Positions 51,668-63,220 of a stretch of DNA of 64,000 bases are shown piece after piece. The notes below the pieces were generated by a model that searched no databases, had not been told where the DNA came from, and was given only the letters and a program-made list of their open reading frames with translations. The stretch lies in contig MU004194.1 of NCBI GenBank assembly GCA_010093605.1, positions 782,323-846,322 on the forward strand. The letters are read 5' to 3'. Each line of letters opens with the position of its first letter. Position 1 is the stretch's first letter. The translations under genes were made by a program, and so were the position numbers. The DNA comes from Lophium mytilinum (Eukaryota).

Positions 51668-53140
51668 ATCTACAGTGCGGCGGTGAGCGAGGTCGAGAGG
51701 CGGGGAGAGAGGTCGGGATGGATGATGCTTACTGGAAGGACTGCGGTCGCGGAACAACAGCAGCGGCGGCGCCGGTATATTTAACAAGCGGCTTCGGAGC
51801 ACGGAAGTAGGTAGGGTCTGATACGTTGCCTTATCGTTGGCCGGAGACGTTGTCGGGCGTTGATGGAGGTGGCCGAGGAGGGTGTCCCGCAGCAGAATAA
51901 CGTTGCCGGAAGACTCAGCGAGCGTGCCGGTGGATGGCCCCTGCGGCGGTCTTGTCTTGTCACAGCGTGCACAATTATGCCGGCCGAGCTGGAGTTTTGA
52001 GGCTGCACGGAGGATCTGTTGAGGGCGGAAATCGACCTTCGCACAAGGTATCCTCGGTAGTGTGGGCGCGAGCGAGACTGTTCCGTCTTCTGCCTGGTGG
52101 CGCCACTACTTCTACCTGGTACTGCCCCCCAGCGAGTGTGGGGGACGAGGGGACTAGCCCAGCAATTGTAGTCACGGGTAACGACGACGGCTTTCACAGA
52201 GAGCTCGGGGGAGGAGGTGTGCACCTCTTCCGGCAGCGTGGGAGACTCGACGTTGTGGATCACTTGTCACGATGCAGCCACATTTCCTGCACCATGGACG
52301 GCGGAGTTGGGATGTTTCAGCGCAGTCAGCAAGTCAGATTTCACTCTGGAAACGCGTCCGGCGGAGACACAGAGGTCAGCAACGCGGCTCCAGAAGTGGC
52401 ACAGGGGACATGGAGACAGAGACAGCTGCGTCGGACTTTTCCCACTCCCAGACGGCACGCAGGGCTGAGCCATGACCGGGCGTATGGGAGTCCGTTCCAT
52501 ACCTCGTACCTGTCCCGGCATGATTTGACTGTTACAACGGACGAGGGACTAGATGTTTCCAGCTCTCCTCTGCCACATCGAGCTTCACGATTGGACCGGG
52601 CCTCTATCAGACGGGTCTTCTTGTCTTCCAACATGTACCCTTTTGGGGGAGATATCTTACCTGCCGTGAGATCATACAACGCAGCTCTAGTCAATATATA
52701 TACTGGCCCGACACCCGGCAGATGGCGGGTAGGAGGTCCAACTACATGTGTCTTGGCATCAATCTGGGTGTTGAGGAGCTAGCGGGGTACATGTCAGATG
52801 ATCTCTGAACCTTATAGCGAATCTCGGGGTAATAGAGGCTTGTAAATATCGCGTCCGGGTTTTCGTCGGCCTGCACTCCGAACCTTTTACCACCCATGTA
52901 AAACTCGAAGCTTTGGTTTCTATGGTCAGGGTTGAGGAAGGGCAAGTGAGGCCAATGAACGATGGAAGTCGAAGGGCTCCTCCGGGCGTCAGGAACTAAA
53001 CCGACACTGTGAAATGCACACTTGCTGTTCGCCCAAATAGGCTGAGTAAATGCGTGCATAAAATCTGTATAAAGCATCCTTGCGCCGGTGATAGCGCGTC
53101 AACCCCGCGCATCATTTCTCCGCCTACGACGCCTACCACA

Positions 53141-54250
53141 ATGCCACCACCAGTGGTAAGCTGTCAATTCGCCTCCAACATTAACCAAGACTGTGCTCAT
53201 CTTCTCTAGACCCCTTCCCCCCACCGCTTCCTACCACCACGCGAACCGCGCGCTCCCAAGCCCTCCGCGCTGCGCAATGGCACCCAGGTCCCGCAACGAG
53301 CTCCAGCTCTGACGCCCAGATTCGCGTCTATAGTCCCAGCAGAACAACTTACTCCAGCGCGCCGCTTTACTTTCGCGTCCCGATCAGTTGGCGAGGGCGA
53401 GAAAACTGCACCAGAGCCAACGCAACGGGGCCGGACACAAACACCGAAACCCACACGGAAGCTCAAGCGAGTAGAAAGCATCGATGACGCGTCTCAGGAG
53501 ACAGCAGCTGGCGATGTTGATGAGGAGCAGTACAATGGCGTAGATAAAACGCCTCAAGATGCAGACGAAGAAGAAGACGAGCTGTTGTTCGGCCCATCGC
53601 AACATAAACGGCGACGCCTCTCCCTCGACCAAGCTTCTATCGAGGACATCTTCAATACTCCAACCGCTCACCCTCCCTCAACCCCAGCGCCAGCATCCTA
53701 CCGGTTCCTCCCACAGCGAACACCTGTCCCCACAGTCGATGCTTTGACTTCAGTAGCGGCGCGCCCAACCTTCCTCTTACCATCTCATACCTCATCTAGT
53801 CCGCCCGCACATCCGCTCCCAGAGGCATTCTCTCCGCAGCGCCGAGGCCAGAAGTATGTTCCTGGTGGGCTAGCAAGCACTGCCCGGAATTGGATCATGG
53901 AGGTTGCCCATACCACTAGTAGCTCCGCCAAGTCTGGCGCTGGAGATGGATATCGGGTGAAGCTACGCGTATCAGACATAAACTTTGGGGATGATGCAGC
54001 TGGACTCGACAGTGATCATGTCGTGGAAACTAACCATGGAGGCATGCTGCTAATTCAGGGCACCTTCGAGCCAGAGCGAGATTGTGAGACTGAAAGGGAC
54101 GCACGAGCGATTCTTACTGGACATAGTGGGCGGAAGCCTGCTCCTTTGCGGGTGAGGCCTGGCAGTATGGTAGGAATAAGAGCGCCGTGGTGGGACGTGG
54201 AGATAAGAGGGAAGAAGTGGATCGTCGCAGCTGACTGGGGCGTACTTTGA
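53141..54250 (+). CDS. Hypothetical protein with disordered N-terminus and beta-rich (OB-fold-like) C-terminal domain
   Basis: MPPPV, intron 53156-53209, then one open frame (TPSPHRFLPP...) continuous with ORF 53585-54250. Confidence 0.8.
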
Positions 54251-54476
54251 GCATTCTTCCTTCACCATGCTTTACTTAGCATGCTGCGTAAGTGATATCT
54301 CGTTCAGAGATATCATTCTTAGTCGCAAAGGTAGGTTCTCTTGTCACTTCTACTTTTCTAGTAACTACGTGACCAACATGAGGACCATCAGATCGTCAGC
54401 TCAAACATGCGTGCAGACAACGCTGCAGTCCCAAAATTCACTTCGAATCATGAAGCTCGCCATTTCTCTATCATCC

Positions 54477-55346
54477 TCAATCTTCCTCACCCTTCTTGAC
54501 CCTTTTGACCGGCGCTGGCTTATGGGCCGCATCCACTGCATACTTCTCCCGCAAAGCATTCTCCCTATCAACAAAACTCCTCACATGATCTGGGATATTC
54601 TTGACACGGTTGTATGGTCCAATCTGTGGCTCACCCAGCTTCTCATACACGGGAATTACACCCGTCCACACAGAATCCAGCACATCCTCCCTCTTCATAT
54701 CCTTCCTCTCATCATTCGGCACCCCCTCCCTCACCTTCCCACTCGCGCCCGTTATCGTAAGCTTCAAAATCCGCGTCGACTGCATCTCCGCATTATCAGG
54801 AGGCACACGCGTGTTCTCATACCGGTTCGGAACCACGGAATTCGTAATCAACTGCATCGCCCAGAGTCTCTCATCTGCGTTGTCCACGATGGTCGCGAAG
54901 CCCTGCAGCACCGCGGAGCGGTAGTTGTAGTTGTGCGAGTTGGGTGTGAGAGTCAGCACGAAGCCGTCAACTTTGGTTGCGGCGACGCAGAGTGGGAGGC
55001 CAGGCTCGCCGAGCTTGACGGCCGCGTCGGCGAGGTTCATCAGCCGCGAGCTGACGTAGCCGTGGAGATAGCACTTCCAATCTTCGTCTTGGGAGCCCGG
55101 GAAGAGTCCCATTTGGCCGATCATCGGGAGGACGATGGGCATGGGAGTCGTGGGGTCGGGTACGAAGGAGACATGGAGCACGGGAGTGCTGTTGACAATT
55201 GAGTGGATGGTCTCTACATCGTAGGTTGCTGTGGGTGTCTGTTAGATTGTGGCTCATGCTAAGCTATGTCTATTCATACCTTGATGTTTGTATCTGTTCA
55301 CGGTATTGGCTTTCGTCTTGGGGTAGGTGGCTGAATCGGTTGCCAT
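54477..55346 (-). CDS. Flavin-nucleotide-binding protein (pyridoxamine 5'-phosphate oxidase-like split barrel, NimA-related)
   Basis: Intron 55229-55279. LHVSF, YLHGYVSSRLM, VDGFVLTLTPNSHNYNYRSAVLQG, VWTGVIP. Confidence 0.88.
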
Positions 55347-55826
55347 GATGTACAGTACTAAATAAGATGATAGGTGAAGATATGAGACGCAGAAATCTCG
55401 TGAGTCTGTTTCTCCAAGTCGAGAGAGACTTCCTTGCGATATATGCTTCAAGTTATGCTCTGTATATCGGGCTCCATGTCCTAGCCTTATCGGAGTCCCA
55501 AAGCGCGAGGTGTTCTTGATAGCCAACAGCTCATGCATGCTTCACCAATCATCGAATGTCACTAACCTTCATTAGGAAAGTCGATGCGAGCCTACTTCCC
55601 ATCATTGATCGCATGCTTTGGGGGCCTGAAGGAGTGAATGCTTTCGGTTGCACGGCGAGGGGCTGACTCGTCTCATCTTCTCATGTTCTTCCGTTGTCGG
55701 ACTTCTCATCTTATCTTCTTGGTAGACTATGCTCTGTATTGTGCTAGGGTAGTATCCGGAGAGGAGACTAGAATGATACAAGTGCTAATACAGTGTAGAA
55801 TCAAACCGCATATATCCTTGTGACTC

Positions 55827-57300
55827 TTATTTTGGGTCGCAGACCATCAAGTAAGGCGTCACCGGCCCTTATCAAAGCGGAGAGATTAGCAAAAGGCTTG
55901 AAGACGCGCTGGAATACGAGGTCTATCTCGACCAATCAAAGGGGTAGAATTACTCACCTCCCATAAACAACCTTCCTGTCTTCACATCGTGTCGAGCGAC
56001 GCTTACTCCGCTCAGAACCCGCTTGTCCCTGTCTTCGATTATCTTCTCTGTACGATATCCCTCCGCAGTCCTCGAAATACGCCAAACAGTCGAAGGAGAC
56101 TGTCGATTGAATGGGTCAGCCACGCTCGCAACGATACCCCGGACTTTTGGTAGTCCAGCAGCGTAGATGTCTCCTTTCGCATCAACGGCTAGATTGTCAA
56201 CCGGCATGCCAAGCTTGATCACTTCTAGCTGTCTCAATGCACCTCCGACTTGGGGTTCCATGACACGAATAGCGTCGCTAGCAGCGCTCGGTATGTAGAC
56301 TAAGCCGTCGAGACCACGCTCGAGGCCGTTGGGGTAGATCAAGTTCTTCGGAGTCGCAGGCAAGCAGCTACCCGAGGACGGGCAGTATACCACGTTGCCG
56401 CCGCCGAGGAAGAGGTCGAGTTTCTTGCGCTAAGAATAGTTTAGTCGACAATATCGTTACTCGACACCAGGACGCGCTGAACCTACGATTCCAACTACGC
56501 AGTACCGTCAGAATACCGATATCACAACAGACAGGATAACGCCTCTCACCTTTCACTGAGTGATCATTACTAACAACGAACGACCCGCCTCCCAGCGCCG
56601 TAATGCCGTTCGGCGAGTAGATCTCTGGATCAAAAACCGTCTTGATATGGATCATTTCACTTGCACTGCGTTTCAACTCGAAGAGCTCAATCGTTGAATT
56701 TACTCCGGTCTTCGTAGCATCGACTGTTCTCCTTTTCGCGTCAACCGGGGGCCTCTGGTTGATGAGCCAGAATCGAAGCGTCGAAGCGTCTACAACTTCC
56801 GCATCGAAGCCGAGGAGGTCTAACGTGCCATCGCCAGTAGCGCCATCATACCCGACGGGCGTTATGTTGTGCATGCCGAAGAAACTATCGGGACCTGGGG
56901 AGTCGATGTGGAGTGCTATGAGCTCTGAACCGGTGGAACGTCTGCCGGAGACGTTGAGACGGTCGACTCTATTTTGAAATGCTCTTAACCTCCATTATAT
57001 AATTGCCCGGCTAGCCTTATGAGAGACTTTTTGCCATGCTTACGATTGGAGCAAATTAGACCGGCTTAGCGAGCCCGCGCAAGCTGCATACAAAACCCGG
57101 GCATCGTCATCCAGCCACATATCCTCGCACGCCTCAAGACGCTCATGTCGCAGTCGCCGGCACGTGAAAGGAAAGTCATCAATCGGCTGTATTGTGCGGC
57201 CGAGGCCTACAGTGGCAAAGAGCAATTCGCGAAGATTGACCTGGTAGAGAATTGCAAAAACGACGACCAAGAGGCCGATGACCCGGTAGCTGGGACCCAT
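55827..57300 (-). CDS. Paraoxonase/arylesterase-like six-bladed beta-propeller with N-terminal signal/anchor
   Basis: Introns 56969-57043, 56495-56549, 56430-56486, 55868-55957. LEACEDM, SPNGI, SNDH, YPNGL, PVDNLAVD (Ca-ligand-type motifs). Confidence 0.88.
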
Positions 57301-58067
57301 TATCAGGAGCCACTTTACGAAACCAGGAGGAATTTTGCAGTTGATAATTTGTTTTCAAAGCTTTAAGTTTGAGAAGATCGTTTTTGGTCGCGAGCTTCCG
57401 CCGATAAATTCCCCGCAGATGGAGTTCCACCTAGGCATTCATCGTGCCAATCGAATCAAGACTAGCCCGGTTTTGTGAAGGGATTTTCGGGCATACTCGG
57501 GTGCAGTCGCAGCGAGACACCACATCTCTTCTTCAGCTCTTTAGTCTGTATGTAGCTCGAACTCAAGGAACACAACTACAGCTCATACGGACATCGAATG
57601 ACTCGCGGCATACATCTGCCCGAAATCCGGGGTATATGGCGGGGAAGACCACAACTCGGCAATTACCCCGGGCACCCCCTCCCACAAAAAGTCCAAAGCC
57701 GAACTTACAGATTCTAGAGGCTCAATAGGTTAAATGACTGCCATATTTTCCCTACCAGTGTTTTCTCCTAACACCGCTTTCTTCGTTCCCTAGGCATTCT
57801 CGAATCATGTAACATCATGGTAGGTCCTAGCTGGGGCAACAGCAGTCTCACTTGCAAAAGGAATATAAAATGCCACCAAGAAGCTTGATTTGTGAATACC
57901 TTATATATGACTTCCGGTGGCCTTTGCGCCAACGCCACATAATTGACCTAAGGGAAATGCCATCATTACCGTCGTAAGCCCGCACTGATCTGAAAACAAG
58001 CAGTTCAAAGTCACTGCTTCCTCTACCCTTGATCTCCTAGATCCCCTGGATAACCGATCATCACCCA

Positions 58068-61000
58068 TTATCTAGTTCGCGGTTGCATTCCAGCTTCCCG
58101 GTTCTTTGCCACTGCAGCCTTGTGGAAGCGGTTTTTGAGATGGATTTCAAAGTTCGCCATGGGAGGTGTATAGAGCTTTCCAGGGCAGTCGACACAGCGG
58201 ATACGGGGTAGGTATGTATACAGCACACCTGGATGAGCAGGGGCAGGGAGATCTGGCTTGAGCTGCAACACTACCGACGACTTGGCATCGATTGCCGAGA
58301 AGACCATGACAGGAGCAATGTTCGAGCTGGGATATGTCTGGCGAAGCTGCTCCAACTCCGAGCACACCCATTGGGGGACAGCGGGGGGGTCTTGGTTCAT
58401 CCGAGCCCGCATGCTTCCCCACGTTTCGGGTACATCTTGTGGCCGAAAGAGATGATCTCGGACTTTAGAGAGTCGTTCCTGTCCGATAGTAGACGTCTTC
58501 TGGCCGGTAAGCAGCGCTGGGCTCTGGCGGGACGAAGAAGGTCGCGACCGTAATGGAGACGGCGAATCACTAAGAGGAACGGAAGTTTCAGGCACCTCGC
58601 GTGATGTTGCACCAGCTGAAAAGGCAGCTTTCATGTCCGGTGTCTCAGAGAAGCATGGTACACTGTGGCGATAAGCCAGTGGCTTCCGGGGCACTTGAGG
58701 TGGTGTCTGCGCAACATCTGCAATGTGATCTACAGCGAAGCCGAGAGCATCCATCCCATCCCATGGTTGGTTACTGGGATGCGCCGACAAGATGCTTTCT
58801 TCCCAACTTGAGGCAGGCTTCTGGGAACCTAGAAGACGAGAAATGCGCGGTTTCGTGGCCGAGTGCTGTGTCAACAATGACGACGGCTTATCTTGATGCA
58901 TCTGCTCCCGTGTATGTGAAGCGGGCGATAACCCTTCAGGCTTCTCGGCTGGAGCTGTGGCTTGTGGTCTGAAGTGAGCCGTCGCAGGAATTTGGAAGTC
59001 AGCAAATAGCGTTGGGCCTGTGCACCATTCCAAGTCTGCAATTACTTCAGAAGCTTCGACTGGCGCCACTTTGCGTGCTTTGGAGGGTATCATTATGCAC
59101 TCCTCCAGGCCAAATCGGATGCAATTAGTGCAGCGGCCCTGATCAACAGGTGAGCATCGCAACTATAGATATTAGTGACCGTTCTAATAAGCCGTTTGAA
59201 GTCCACAGAATCAGCACTGTCTTACCATCCGAGTTCTACAATAGCGACAGGCACCAGCCGTTCTCTTTATTCTGCGTGGCGCTGGCTCCTGCACCGAAAG
59301 CGAAAGCTGAGAGGGCTCGACAAAGGTTTCTAATGAAGATTTCTCCAAAAGGATTACGGGAGCAGTCGTAGCGATAGAAGCATCTTTCTCTGGGACATTG
59401 TGTTTTCCTTCACTCTTGATGATGTTCAGCATCTCTTCGCCCTTTAGGGCGGTAGTTAAGTTCTGATATCCTTTTGCTGTTATCAGGATATCGTCCTCGA
59501 TCCGTACACCACCCACAGGAATGTATCTCGAAAGCACTTCTTTATTAATGTACTTAGAATGTACTGGTGACGGGAGATAAAGAGTTTCGAGTGCGTATAG
59601 CGAGAAGTAGATTCCGGGCTCCACGGTGACAATCATGCCTTCTTCCAGGGCGGGACTTTGGGGGTCTGTTGGTGACAAGCAGAGTCCAGAATGGAATACC
59701 GGGAGATGATAGTTGGGGGAGTATTTGGAGCTCGCTTGGACATTATTGGGATCGAAGGTTTCGTCCTCTGATAACGACATTAGTTCCCGTTGGCCTATGT
59801 CGTGAACTTCAAGGCCAATATGGTGGCCTAGACCGTGGGGAAAGAACGCTCGAGAAGTTCCGGCGCGATAGATCTCTTCGGGTGACCCATTGTATAGGAT
59901 TCCCAAGGCCAACAAGCCACCAATGGCTATCTGATGGGCGAGGATGTGCAGATCCAGATACCTGACTCCAGGTGCTAGTCGCTTGATGCAGCAATCCTGC
60001 ATTGTCTGAACCAAGTCGTGGATTTGCTTTGCCTCCTTGGACGGCCAAGATCCTGATAACGGGAACGATCTTGTGACATCACTTGCGTAGCACTCCCACT
60101 CACAGCCTGCATCCAAGCACATCATCTGTCGGCCTTTGAGCGGTTCATCGTTCTTGATGTAGTGTAAAGTGCTTGCATTCAAACCCGATGCCGCAATTAC
60201 ATCGTATGCCTGGTGCTTAGCCCCTTCAGCAACACAGGCATCGAGAAATATGGCTTCAACCTGAGATTCATTCTTGAACTTCAAGATGTTGAGAAGCACT
60301 TCTCGGTGTGCTTTGGCCGTTATCTCGTTGGCTTTGCGGATCAGACCGATCTCATGGGCGTCCTTGATCATTCGAGCGGAGTTGATAGCCAGCTGCAGCT
60401 TCTTATGATCTACACGTGGATGCTTCTCTTGGCCCGGGACGGCAGCTTGATCCGGATGAAGGATGTATACGTCGCCCTCGTGGCTAAGCGGCCAGTTTCC
60501 GACAAAGTCCGCAACTGAGGTCGTGAAGTGAACCTCATCAACGTCATACTTATCAAAAGCTTCCGCTCGGGTAGATCCGCGGCCGTTCCAGATGACGGTC
60601 GTGGGATCAATCTTCGGAATGAAGAGTGTTAGGGTGTCCTCATCTATGTCATATGCGAGATGACAGTCCGTTTCGTTAACGCTGAGGTTTGTCAGGACGT
60701 CCAAAGAGAGTATGCTAGTGGCGGAAGAAAATAATCGCATAACATTGACCCCTAAGGATTACTGAAAGCAATTCTGTCGCGATCTAGACGTTTATATCTC
60801 AAGGAAACTAGAAGAAGGGAAAGTGGACAAGATTGTGCCTCCGAAGGCGTTAGAGTAACGGACGTAGGAAAGAAAATCCACGAGGGATGTGCATTTGTAA
60901 AATTTGCAGGTCCTGAAACTTGACAGATATCTTGATTGAACTTACCCGCTTAGATAGTAGAAGTACCGCCGCTGACGGAAAGGCTTTGGCTGGTCGCTAT

Positions 61001-61217
61001 CCTCCTCTAACTCCGTCGGCGCACCTGGAAGATAAATGAGTCCTTTTGAGACTTTGAGTTTCTGGGCAACCCTCTGTGCGTGCTGTTTGGCCGGATACTT
61101 CTCCAAGGGAGATGACGAGTCGATGTGGACCCAAAAGTCTGTGACAACCTGCTGCTCGCCCTGGAGCCTGTTATACAGCTCCGTGGCCTGAAGCTCCTGG
61201 GGCGCAGTGGAGGCCAT
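58068..61217 (-). CDS. Xaa-Pro aminopeptidase (M24B) fused to a Zn(II)2Cys6 cluster and a C-terminal CxxC-H-H zinc-finger module
   Basis: Introns 60682-60945 and 59163-59225. [46 protein letters not shown]; then [30 protein letters not shown]; then [24 protein letters not shown]. Confidence 0.88.
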
Positions 61218-63220
61218 ATCCGGTTCCTGCTGATCTGATCTCACGGGATCGCGAAAAGGTTGATGAAGCGTTGAAACGTGAGGTTGTCGGAGCAGGGTGA
61301 TGGCGCAGGTGATAGATAACGTGGGGAGGCTCGCACGGGCCAGCTCAGCCGGTGAACGACTCCACAGCCTCAGTCGCCAGGAGCTTTTGCTGACGGGAAC
61401 TTAGGCAGTGTCCTCCTTTCGCAGTCAGACAGTAGAGCCAGGGGAAGGTCGTGTTGTAAGTGCTGGCACGGTGGTGTATGAGCTTTTGGGAGAGCAGCAG
61501 CCGACGAGGGGCCCTTTCCAAGGTTCGCCCTGGGATCTTCACGCCCTGGTACTACACTGTACAACACGACACCTCGCTCGCATGCATTATCGAACGGAAC
61601 TGAGAATAATGGACAGTTCTGTTTAAGTGACTGATCTAGAGCCGCCCTTACCCTCTCATAGTCAGTGTCCGCCAGACTTTTTCCAATTCATGATTTCTCG
61701 AATTACACTTTACTGGGCGAAGCTACTACCCTCCACGAAGAGGCATAGCTCATCTCACTCTCGACACAGGCTACTAGGTTCCCTGGAATCATCTGTCTGA
61801 CGAAGACGGGCACATAATATACCGTATATGTGGCACAACAATCATCAGCTCTTCTGAATTTAGACGTCCACTGCGGGGTGAATGAGCACAATCCCTTGCC
61901 AAATACTTTTGTAATACTGGACAACTTTAACGATTTCGTGATCCGTCTTCTCTTCCCGTGCCATACTATCAGACTTTGCGCCAGGGCAATACGGGTTAAG
62001 AACTAACAGTCATGGGCAAAACGCCTTATATTCATTAAAAAGACCTCGGGGTATTATTATGGACATGGACGGCCCTAGAGGTCTAGCCCAGTACTCCTTC
62101 TTTGAGAAAGCTACTCTACATCAAATCCGATTTCCAGCTATGTTCCATATCTCTTTAGGATAGGTCTGATTTCAACTTCAGCTTTTGGCCGCCACTTGGG
62201 ACCCAGACCTCAAATACGGAGACACATGCATGTATCGAAAAGTCAGCAACTTTATGATTCAAAGGCTCGCTCAGGACTCATTGGCACCGACATGTAATTG
62301 TCTGAGCAGGATAACAGGCTTGATATCCTGCCAACGAAGAATGTGGTGGCCAACCATTCCATGTAGAGTGCGTCCCGTATCAACAAAGCCTTCTCCGTTA
62401 GCTTGCCGTATGCTCCAGCAACGTGGAGACACATGAATTGACACCCTGGCCCATCACTAAGACCTATGCGGTTCATCGTGGGTTTGAAAGGGGCTGTCCG
62501 ACGCCCAACGGGCCGCCTAAGTCACACGGCCCATTTGCCCAATGCATCGGTCTTACTACTTTCCCAGCAGCGAAAAATAAGGCGCCCAAGGGGCCAGGTA
62601 GTGAACGCTTTGGCGAGACCGTGTCCTATGGCGGATAGATCTGAGATCAAGATGGCGTTTCCGAGTCCGTGGTACAGTCCTCTCGCTGTTCTCATTGATG
62701 CGGGGAAGAATGTCTCACCTGCGGCCAGGCCCCCCGTCATGCACGACGGCTGTGGCTTCGGTTGTGGCTCCGTCCCTGGCACAGTAACGTCACGCTCAGT
62801 CAGCTGTAGGAAGTGCAGTCTGGCTCGTCTAACTTGCCGGGAGATCTGTTTATTCTCGCATCGTTGAGATAGCGAGTGTGATAGTGCCATCAAGTGAGAA
62901 GTAGCCACGGGATAATGGCGTGACAAACGATTGATCAAGCGGTAAATGTACGATTAGGAAAGATAGACAGTCTGGTATATGTTTAAGACAGGCAAACGAA
63001 AGACATTAAAGGTAGGGTACTCGCGGTTCAGACATCCTCCCATCAGTCGAGCGAATCCACTTTAGACTCAACCTACAAAGTGTAAAGTCGGCCTGCAGAA
63101 AGGCGGGAACATTACGTTGGTATCAGTCTAAGGCCCCCCGTCTCATCTTGAGACTTGCAAGGATCATGTCGCCAGCTGAAGTGGCCCTCTCCTATAACTC
63201 CAAAACTCCCACTGCATTCC

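Noticed and set aside
51934..52782. 282-aa plus-strand ORF upstream of the P450 reductase
   Set aside because: No domain signature; lies antisense over the probable cprA promoter/leader.
54267..55202. 311-aa plus-strand ORF
   Set aside because: Antisense shadow of the flavin-binding gene; no recognisable motifs.
6428..55346. Cryptic peroxisomal targeting by TGA-CTA readthrough in the Nudix, MDR, RKI1 and flavin-binding genes
   Set aside because: None of the stop contexts I checked has TGA CTA or a short extension ending in a PTS1.
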